A DNA stretch of 15,902 nucleotides from an uncultured Gemmatimonadota bacterium (GTDB lineage: Bacteria; SM23-81). The translations under genes were made by a program, and so were the position numbers. Each line of letters starts with the position of its first letter. Within the stretch, counting starts at the first letter, position 1. The notes beneath the pieces were generated by a model. The model did not search any database. It saw nothing but the letters and a program-made list of their open reading frames with translations, and had not been told where the DNA came from. Positions 1 through 6,620 of this stretch are shown one piece after another. The stretch is from contig CAZOYL010000057.1 in assembly GCA_964584035.1 (NCBI GenBank), positions 1 to 15,902 on the forward strand, in the 5' to 3' direction.

Positions 1-713
1 CCGTGCAGGATCCCGCCCTCATCGGGTTGGTTGTCGGGGTTGCCGATGAGGCCCTGAAAGTCCCAGCCGAAGAAATCATCCACGTAGCCGTTGCTGTCAT
101 CATCGACCAGGTTCCAGTCCGGCGTGGTAAAGCCGCCGCTGCCGTCGGCATCCTCACCCAGATTGAACCACCGGTTGGCCACCAGATCGGGGTGATCCTT
201 GTCCACTCCGGTGTCCACGATGCCGATGACGATCGAAGAATCGCCGTGGGTGATGTCCCAGGCCTCCTGGGCATAGACCTTGTTGAAGAACCACTGCAGG
301 CCATTTTGAAAATTGGGATCGTTGGGCGCGTCACACGGCCTGTGGATAAAGCGCGGCTCCGCGTAGAGCAGGTGCTCGTCCCGGGCGAAGTCTCTGGCTG
401 TGGATTTCACGTCGTGGGCGGGATCGAATTCGAATTGATAGATATGGCCCAGTTCCGAGGCCTTATGGGGGAAGATCTGTTCGATATGGCCGACGCCGTA
501 CAGGGACATTTTGGCATCGAGAGAGGCCAGGCCGACCGAGACGAGGCCATCTTTGGTCACCGGGGTAACCGTTCCCACCTCTGGAATGAACTTGACGATG
601 ATCTGTCCCGGCTCATAGGAAGCAGCTGTGGCCGCAGACAGCGCCGAAAAAACCAACACCAGGGCAATGGCCGCACTCAGGACCACGCCAAACCTCTGAC
701 CAGGACGCATCAT
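1..713 (-). CDS. Secreted subtilisin-family (S8) serine protease, 5' part (runs off the left edge)
   Basis: Not in the ORF track; translated manually from ATG 713 (SD GAGGAGG upstream): MMRPGQRFGVVLSAAIALVLVFSALSAATAASYEPGQIIVKF (signal peptide + propeptide)...YAEPRFIHRPCDAPNDPNF..QW...AWDITHGDSSIVIGIVDTGVDKDHPDL (catalytic Asp motif)...DDDSNGYVDDFFGWDF...ILHG (catalytic His at the window edge). Confidence 0.93.
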   Translation of the reverse strand, partial: MMRPGQRFGVVLSAAIALVLVFSALSAATAASYEPGQIIVKFIPEVGTVTPVTKDGLVSVGLASLDAKMSLYGVGHIEQIFPHKASELGHIYQFEFDPAHDVKSTARDFARDEHLLYAEPRFIHRPCDAPNDPNFQNGLQWFFNKVYAQEAWDITHGDSSIVIGIVDTGVDKDHPDLVANRWFNLGEDADGSGGFTTPDWNLVDDDSNGYVDDFFGWDFQGLIGNPDNQPDEGGILH

Positions 714-778
714 GGCGATCCCTCCTCTGGGACTGATCCGGGACACCCCGGGGTCTATAAGATACGACAGGTGAGAAC

Positions 779-807
779 AATATAGGCAACCGCTGGTTCA
801 AAATCAA
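779..807 (-). promoter_or_regulatory. Putative sigma70 promoter for the S8 protease
   Basis: TTGATT (807-802), 17 bp spacer, TATATT (784-779), about 65 bp upstream of the ATG. Confidence 0.5.
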
Positions 808-809
808 TT

Positions 810-830
810 AAAAAGTGGGCCTTTTGCCCA
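810..830 (-). terminator. Weak candidate intrinsic terminator downstream of the feo operon
   Basis: Minus strand TGGGC-AAAAG-GCCCA followed by CTTTTT; the stem is only 5 bp. Confidence 0.3.
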
Positions 831-975
831 AAATGCGAAAAAACGGCCGTCATCCACAGGGGTCGGAGTCACCGGAATTTCGCCCTCTCGTTTTATTAAT
901 CCATATATTGTTGGTAACTTAAAAGAGCCTTCGGGCATTCCTCATCTGTCCGGCCGGCGGCGCGGGCCGGTCCGG

Positions 976-1860
976 TCACTTCTCCGGCAGGGGCGGATTC
1001 ACCCGGCGGCCCTGACCCGATCCGGGCGAGTTATCGAACTGCTCGACGATGTGAAAGGCCAGCAGAGCGTATCGCCTCCCGCCCTGGCCATGGAAGTAGT
1101 CGTGAGCCAGATTGCTGTATTCCAACAGATCACGCTCCCACGTGGAAAGGTCCGGATTCTGGGGATGCACGATCCGGGCGATGGTCCTCAATTCATAGCT
1201 CGGCATATCGGTGAACACGATCGTGGCTGCGGGATTGGCCATCAGGTTGAGGAAGGTATGGGTTTCGAAATCGGGACGGGCGTAAAGCTCCAGAGAGACC
1301 TGCCGGGTCCGGTCCCACCATTCCGGATGGCGATAGTTCTCCCTGAGAATCTCCAGTTTCTCCGGCATGTCCGCCTCCAGGGTGCTTTTCAGGCGTTCCG
1401 TCAGTGCCCCGATCTTGTCCCGCCGGGGAGCAAAGCCCATCCCCTTGACGGCGTTGTTGAGCAGGAAACGGGTGTCCCGGCGGCCGCCCCCGGAGGTGGC
1501 CACGGCGGCGGCGTGCGGGCCGGCCAGGCCGGGCATCCGGCCCTTGGAGATGCTTTCCAGATAGTCCAGGCGGGATGTCAGGTTCCATTCCATGAAAGCG
1601 TCGTCCAGCTCGATCAGCGAATAGTCATCCCAGGCGCCGTTGATCCTGGCCCGGATGATGCCTTCTTCGATCCTGCTCATATCCACATTATCCTGAACGA
1701 AGACGCCGTTTGGCCACAGTTCCGTTTGACTCCGTTCCCACCATCCGGCGATGGCCTGCGGGACCCTGCCGAAAAAAGCGGCCAGGGGAATCGTCAGGCC
1801 GGACAGCTTCAGGAAGGTCCGGCGGGGAAGAGGGCTGCGGCCGGTGGATCGGCTGGCCAT
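976..1860 (-). CDS. Tat-exported protein, probable FMN-binding split-barrel (PNPOx-like) fold
   Basis: Twin-arginine signal PRRTFLK + hydrophobic stretch + AIA cleavage site; SD AAGGAGG; starts 20 bp after the feoB stop. The segment LELY..HTFLNLMANPAATIVF..SYELRTIARIVH resembles split-barrel flavin-binding proteins (fold is an inference). Confidence 0.7.
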   Translation of the reverse strand: MASRSTGRSPLPRRTFLKLSGLTIPLAAFFGRVPQAIAGWWERSQTELWPNGVFVQDNVDMSRIEEGIIRARINGAWDDYSLIELDDAFMEWNLTSRLDYLESISKGRMPGLAGPHAAAVATSGGGRRDTRFLLNNAVKGMGFAPRRDKIGALTERLKSTLEADMPEKLEILRENYRHPEWWDRTRQVSLELYARPDFETHTFLNLMANPAATIVFTDMPSYELRTIARIVHPQNPDLSTWERDLLEYSNLAHDYFHGQGGRRYALLAFHIVEQFDNSPGSGQGRRVNPPLPEK

Positions 1861-1880
1861 GGGAGCCTCCTTTCAATGTC

Positions 1881-3587
1881 TTAAAGGATCAGATTGAGCG
1901 CTCCGCCCACCGTCAGGCTGGCGATGACCATGATGGCCATGGCCAGGAGCATATCCCTGATCCCCAGCTCCCGGGCCATAACCACGAAGGTGGCCACGCA
2001 GGGAAAATACATCGTCAGGACCACGCCGGCGATGACCAGTTGCCCGGCGGTCAGGCTCAGCGGAGCCAGCATGCCCACGGCCACATCTTTTCGCATGAAC
2101 CCGACGATCAAAGCGCCGACCGCATCCCGGGGGAGCCCCAGAATACCGGTGATGACCGGTTCGGCCAGCCGGCCGATCAGGTCGATGATCCCCAGGGTAT
2201 ACAGGATGTTGACGAACAGCACGCCGAGGATGACGAAGGGCACCGCCTCCCGCAGAAATCCCCGGATGCGCATCCACATCTTCTTGAACAGCCCGGAAAA
2301 GTACGGCATCCGATAGGGCGGGATCTCCACGAAGATCTCTGGGCTTTCCCCCGGAACCAAACGGTTGAGCAACAATCCCAGGATCAACCATACCACCAGG
2401 AGGATGCCGAACAGAGCCGGGATCCCCCACCAGCCGGCCTGACCCAGAAGGCCCACGATCATGGCCAGCTGCGCAGCGCAGGGAATACAGATGGCCATCA
2501 GCGTGATCGAGATGAAGCGCTCTTTTCGGGTTTCCAGTATCCGGGTGGCCAGGGTGCCGGGCACATTACAGCCCAGCGCCAGCATCATCGGGACGATGGC
2601 CAATCCATGGAGGCCGATCCGGTGCATGATGTTGTCCATCAGAATGGCCAGTCGGGGCAGGTATCCCGAATCCTCCAGGAGGCTGAGCATGAGATAGAAG
2701 GCGAACACATAGGGCAGCACCATGGCCAGGGGAACATAGATTCCCGTGGTCAACAGGCCCAGAGATTCGACGAAGTCGATCCGGCCGGCGCTGAGCCGTC
2801 CGATGAGGATGTCATGAAGGGCGCCGCCCGAGCCCAGAAGGACGGACAATCTGGCCATCAGCGGTGCCCAGAGTCTCTCGAACAGGGGGTTGATCAGGAA
2901 ACGGATGAGACCTTCGCCGATGGTGCGAATAATAAAAAAGGTCGCGGCCAGTGCGACCAGGGCGATGGGCGTGCCGCTCCAGGGGTGAATGGAGGCGTCG
3001 CCCAGACGTTCCAGGAAGGTGTGATGGCGGTGGGTGACCTGCTGGACCTGTTCGACGATCCGGCCGATCTCACACCAGCGATTGCCGTCATCGTATTCCA
3101 GGGTTCCCGCGCAGGCTCGGGGCAGGTGCCTGACCAGGTCCAGGATGCCCTCGCCGGTCACGGCCACGGTGGGGATCACCGGGACACCCAGCAAGTTTTC
3201 CAGTTTGCTCTCGTCGATCGAGATGCCGATATGATGCGCTTCGTCCCACAGGTTGAGGGCCACCACCATGGGGGTCTTTTTCCTGAGCAGCTGCAGCGAG
3301 AGGTTGAGATTGCGCTCCAGATTGGTGGCGTCCACCACATTGATGATCAGATCGCCATCTCCGCACATCTCCACGGCAACCTCTTCGGCCTTGCAGGTGG
3401 GGTCCAGGGTGTAGGTTCCGGGAACGTCCACCACCTCGACCGTCTCTCCCTCCAGCTTCATGGTGCCGCTGGTAAAGCCCACGGTCGTTCCCGGGTAGTT
3501 GGAAACCACCACGTTCACGCCGGTCAGCCGGGTGAAGATGACGCTCTTGCCCACATTGGGATTGCCCATCAGCAGTATTTTTTTCAT
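1881..3587 (-). CDS. feoB: Ferrous iron transporter FeoB (compact, 568 aa)
   Basis: G1 GNPNVGKS, G2 NYPGTTV, G3 DVPG, DATNLERNL, G4 NLWD; membrane part with LEDSGYLPR, LGCNVP, IPC, EIPPYRMP, RKDVAVG, YFPCVAT. Confidence 0.97.
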   Translation of the reverse strand: MKKILLMGNPNVGKSVIFTRLTGVNVVVSNYPGTTVGFTSGTMKLEGETVEVVDVPGTYTLDPTCKAEEVAVEMCGDGDLIINVVDATNLERNLNLSLQLLRKKTPMVVALNLWDEAHHIGISIDESKLENLLGVPVIPTVAVTGEGILDLVRHLPRACAGTLEYDDGNRWCEIGRIVEQVQQVTHRHHTFLERLGDASIHPWSGTPIALVALAATFFIIRTIGEGLIRFLINPLFERLWAPLMARLSVLLGSGGALHDILIGRLSAGRIDFVESLGLLTTGIYVPLAMVLPYVFAFYLMLSLLEDSGYLPRLAILMDNIMHRIGLHGLAIVPMMLALGCNVPGTLATRILETRKERFISITLMAICIPCAAQLAMIVGLLGQAGWWGIPALFGILLVVWLILGLLLNRLVPGESPEIFVEIPPYRMPYFSGLFKKMWMRIRGFLREAVPFVILGVLFVNILYTLGIIDLIGRLAEPVITGILGLPRDAVGALIVGFMRKDVAVGMLAPLSLTAGQLVIAGVVLTMYFPCVATFVVMARELGIRDMLLAMAIMVIASLTVGGALNLIL

Positions 3588-3612
3588 CGTTTTTTAGCCG
3601 CCGGGAAAAACG

Positions 3613-3852
3613 CTATCCGTCCGTCGATTTCAGAATGATCCTGCCGGCCATACCGTGGCCGATGGCCACCTGGGCGTTGCCCACGGCCACTGTGACCGGC
3701 CCTCGCATCAGCTGGGCGCTTCGCTTGGTGATCTTTACTCCCGGCCGGATCCCCAGCGCATCGAGCCGTTTGATCAGTAACGTGCCTCCCTCGATGGAGA
3801 TGACGATGCCCGCTGCGCCCGCCTTCAGAGCGGTGAGTTTGATTCCATTCAT
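3613..3852 (-). CDS. feoA: Ferrous iron transport protein FeoA
   Basis: 79 aa SH3-like protein with RLDALGIRPG..GPVTVAVGNAQVAIGHGMA; directly upstream of feoB; SD AGAGG. Confidence 0.95.
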   Translation of the reverse strand: MNGIKLTALKAGAAGIVISIEGGTLLIKRLDALGIRPGVKITKRSAQLMRGPVTVAVGNAQVAIGHGMAGRIILKSTDG

Positions 3853-3864
3853 CGATGCCTCTTT

Positions 3865-4323
3865 CTATTTGTTTCTGCTATCGTGTCGGCCGGCGCCGGC
3901 CTCGCCGCACGTCTTACAGTAACCGTAGAGTTCCATCCTGTGACGGGTTGTGGTGAATCCGTGAAGCTCGGCCACCTCCTTCTGCAGCGCCTCGATCTTC
4001 TGATTCTCGAACTCGATGATGGCGCCGCAGTGAACACAGATCAGGTGGTCATGGTGGCCCTCATCCAACTGGGGCTCATATCGGGTGATACCATCGCCGA
4101 ACTCCCGCTGGCTGGCCAGTCCGGCATCGGCCAGGAGCTTCAGGGTGCGATAGACGGTAGACAGCCCCACCTCGGGATGAGTTTGGCGGATCCGGCCGTA
4201 GAGCTCCTCGGCACTGAGGTGCCGGCCGGCTTTCAGAAAGGTCTCGGCGATCTCCTGGCGCTGCTGGGTGATCTTGAGCCCTTTCTTGTGCAGGTAGTTC
4301 CGAAGTTTTTCGGTCGTTCTCAT
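3865..4323 (-). CDS. fur: Fur-family transcriptional regulator
   Basis: KITQQRQEI, HLSAEELY, STVYRTLKLL, HHDHLICVHCG and C-terminal CKTC. Start placed at ATG 4323 (SD GGAG) rather than TTG 4338. Confidence 0.95.
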   Translation of the reverse strand: MRTTEKLRNYLHKKGLKITQQRQEIAETFLKAGRHLSAEELYGRIRQTHPEVGLSTVYRTLKLLADAGLASQREFGDGITRYEPQLDEGHHDHLICVHCGAIIEFENQKIEALQKEVAELHGFTTTRHRMELYGYCKTCGEAGAGRHDSRNK

Positions 4324-4339
4324 GAGCGGTCTCCGCAAT

Positions 4340-4360
4340 GAATTTGATAATCATTTTCAA
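4340..4360. promoter_or_regulatory. Fur box (operator)
   Basis: TGATAAT-C-ATTTTCA at 4345-4359 matches the 7-1-7 inverted repeat TGATAATnATTATCA at 13/14; 4340-4358 matches GATAATGATAATCATTATC at 15/19; lies directly downstream of the -10. Confidence 0.9.
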
Positions 4361-4388
4361 TCATAACATATTTGAGTCTTTTTGTCAA
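4360..4388 (-). promoter_or_regulatory. Sigma70 promoter of fur-feoA-feoB
   Basis: TTGACA (4388-4383), 17 bp spacer, TATGAT (4365-4360), with an extended -10 TGn. Confidence 0.85.
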
Positions 4389-4422
4389 GAATAATCTCAC
4401 TGATCCGGCCGGTGTCGCCCTC

Positions 4423-4455
4423 AAAAAAAGGCAGGCCCGAAGGCCCGCCTTTTTT
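4423..4455 (-). terminator. Intrinsic terminator after the Kelch gene (possibly bidirectional)
   Basis: Minus strand AAAAAA-GGCGGGCC-TTCG-GGCCTGCC-TTTTTTT, a C(UUCG)G tetraloop hairpin about 25 bp after the stop codon. Confidence 0.9.
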
Positions 4456-4478
4456 GTGCTTCCGGTGTTTCTGTCAGG

Positions 4479-6047
4479 TTATCTCAGCAACAGCATCTTG
4501 GTGGTCTCCACCAGCTGGACGCTGCGCAGCTGACAGAAGTATACACCGCTGGCCACAGGCTGTCCCGACAGATCGCGGCCATCCCAACGGACACGATAGT
4601 ATCCCGGACCCTGCTGTTCATCGACCAGGGTCAGGACGAGTTGTCCGCTGGCATTGTAAATGCTCACATTGACCGATCCGGATCGGGGCAGCTGATAATC
4701 GATCCAGGTCTCCGGATTGAAAGGGTTAGGGTAATTGGGCGATAGGCGGTAGGCCCCGGGCAGCGGCTCTGTGTTCGATTCCATCGCCATGGGTGTGGCC
4801 ATGGCCGGCCCATGTTTGTACCCGCCGCCCTGGATGTCCAGGGTGACCAGCCAGTACCAGTAGGTGATGCCGTTCTCCACCTGCCGATCGGTCCATGAGT
4901 AGTTCCTGGGACCGGAGGAGTTCCCTGCTCCGGGAATGAGCTCCTGAGTGATCCGGTGGTGATCCCGGCGATTGCCCTCGCTGCGGTAAAGATAGAAGCC
5001 CAGATTGTCGCGTTCGCTCTGGGTGGTCCAGCGCAGGGTGACCAAGCCATCTCCGCCGTTGGCGGTGAAGGAAGATAGGGCAACCGGCAGGGGATAGTCT
5101 CCACCGCCGAAGGTCCAGGTCTCGGCATCATATGAGCCGTCGAATCCGCCGAACAGCACCAGTTGGCTCGACCCATCTATACTCGTGGCGGACAGTCCGG
5201 CCTCGAACCTTTGGGACGGCTGGGTGGTGTTGGTATCCTGTGTCCACTGATCGGCACTGAGGTCATAGACCCAGGTCTCATCATTATAAGGGTATCCGCC
5301 GAAGAGGAGAACCCGGTCCCCGCCGATGTGGACCATGGGCATGGCCTGGCGAGCCGACGGGCTCGCCGAGGGGGACTGCTGGGTCCAGCTGTCACCGCTG
5401 AGGTCATAGACCCAGGTCTCATTATCCGTGGCACCATCGTACCCGCCGAATAGGACCACCTGGTCCCCGCCCACGGAGGCCATGGCATGGTACTGCCGGC
5501 CGGAGGGACTGGCAGCCGGGGATTTCTGGGTCCAGTTGTTGTCGCTGAGGTCGTAAACCCAGGTCTGGTTGCTCAAGGTGCCGGCCCATCCCCCGAAGAG
5601 CAAGACCTGATCGCCGCCGATGGAGGCCATGGCATGGGAATATCGTCCAGTGGGGCTGGTGGCGGGCGATTTCTGGGTCCAGGTGTTATCGCTGAGATCA
5701 TAGACCCAGGTCTGATTATCCCCGGAACCGTCACCGCCTCCGAACAGGAGCACCTGATCCCCCCCGATATGAGCCATGGCGTGATAATATCGCGCAGAGG
5801 GATTGGCGGCGGGCGATTTCTGCGTGCAGGTGTTGCCGCTGAGGTCATAGACCCAGGTCTCGTCATCTGCGGAACCGTCGTTTCCGCCGAAGAGCAGCAC
5901 CTGGTCCCCGCCGATGTAGGCCAGCTGCACAGCCTTTCGCGCTGATGGGGGTGAGGCGGGGGATACCAGGGTCCAATCGTCGAGGGCATCAACCGTGGCG
6001 GCAAACAGAAAGCAGACGATGAACAGGACAGATAGATATATCCGCAT
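4479..6047 (-). CDS. Secreted Kelch-repeat beta-propeller protein with C-terminal FlgD-Ig/T9SS type A-like sorting domain
   Basis: Signal peptide; six ~49-aa Kelch-like repeats (PSAR..HAMA.IGGDQVLLFGG...TWVYDLS..W); PVALSSFTA Ig-like domain; NYPNPFNP...WDGRD..G..VASGVYF...KMLLLR tail; SD AAGGAG. Confidence 0.88.
   Translation of the reverse strand: MRIYLSVLFIVCFLFAATVDALDDWTLVSPASPPSARKAVQLAYIGGDQVLLFGGNDGSADDETWVYDLSGNTCTQKSPAANPSARYYHAMAHIGGDQVLLFGGGDGSGDNQTWVYDLSDNTWTQKSPATSPTGRYSHAMASIGGDQVLLFGGWAGTLSNQTWVYDLSDNNWTQKSPAASPSGRQYHAMASVGGDQVVLFGGYDGATDNETWVYDLSGDSWTQQSPSASPSARQAMPMVHIGGDRVLLFGGYPYNDETWVYDLSADQWTQDTNTTQPSQRFEAGLSATSIDGSSQLVLFGGFDGSYDAETWTFGGGDYPLPVALSSFTANGGDGLVTLRWTTQSERDNLGFYLYRSEGNRRDHHRITQELIPGAGNSSGPRNYSWTDRQVENGITYWYWLVTLDIQGGGYKHGPAMATPMAMESNTEPLPGAYRLSPNYPNPFNPETWIDYQLPRSGSVNVSIYNASGQLVLTLVDEQQGPGYYRVRWDGRDLSGQPVASGVYFCQLRSVQLVETTKMLLLR
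5100..5980 (-). repeat. Intragenic Kelch repeats, mostly 147-bp period
   Basis: ACCCAGGTCT recurs at 5851, 5704, 5557, 5410 and 5269 (spacings 147, 147, 147, 141). Confidence 0.85.
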
Positions 6048-6089
6048 ATTTGCTCCTTCTAGAAAGTGAGTTGGATTAAGGCCATCCGT

Positions 6090-6118
6090 AGTTTAGTATC
6101 TAAATTCGATTTTGTCAA
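6090..6118 (-). promoter_or_regulatory. Sigma70 promoter of the Kelch gene
   Basis: TTGACA (6118-6113), 17 bp spacer, TAAACT (6095-6090). Confidence 0.75.
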
Positions 6119-6273
6119 CACTTTTTTCTTCGGGATACGCCCGGCAGACGACCTCCCCGGGGCAGGAACGGATTTGGTCGGATCATCGCCCAGGCGGCTT
6201 GAGCACGAAAAAGGCGAGCTGACCGGTCCGTCTTCTCTCTTCGGCTCCTGTTGGAACGATCTCTTTTTGGGCG

Positions 6274-6620
6274 CTCACCGGCTGCGCCGGCTCTGCAGGA
6301 GCGGTCTCGATTCCTCTTCAGCGGGTGTGCAGGACCCGCTGGAACTCTTTCAGCTCCTTGCCGGTATAGGGCCAGACGGCCCCGGCGGTGACCTCCACCC
6401 GGTAGGGCCGGCCCGGGGCGATGGCGAAATCGCCCATCGGAACCGGCACGGTGGTGTAATGGGTGTAGGCCTGGGCGGTGGGGTTCCACTGGCTGATGGT
6501 CAGACAATCGGTGGCCGGGTCGCTGTGGGCCTCGATGTGAGCCTCCAGATCGCTGGCCATGGTCAGAGCGGACAGCTCCAGGGGCAGAGAGATCCAGGTG
6601 TAGTCGGTGCCGGTGGTGGT
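6274..6620 (-). repeat. Near-identical 3' module, copy A
   Basis: 6391-6536 is identical in all three paralogs; 6391-6581 is identical to 9162-9352; 6318-6536 differs from 12068-12286 only at 6365. Confidence 0.92.

Noticed and set aside
3..785. 260-aa plus-strand ORF
   Set aside because: Antisense shadow of the S8 protease gene.
1710..3638. 642-aa plus-strand ORF
   Set aside because: Antisense shadow of feoB in high-GC DNA; no recognisable motifs.
4324..4338. TTG start at 4338 for fur
   Set aside because: No SD and too close to the predicted transcription start; ATG 4323 has a well-spaced GGAG.
6120..6273. Riboswitch or ncRNA in the spacer between paralog A and the Kelch gene (also considered for 830-975)
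   Set aside because: No recognisable conserved aptamer motifs by eye; an Rfam/Infernal search would be needed to exclude one.
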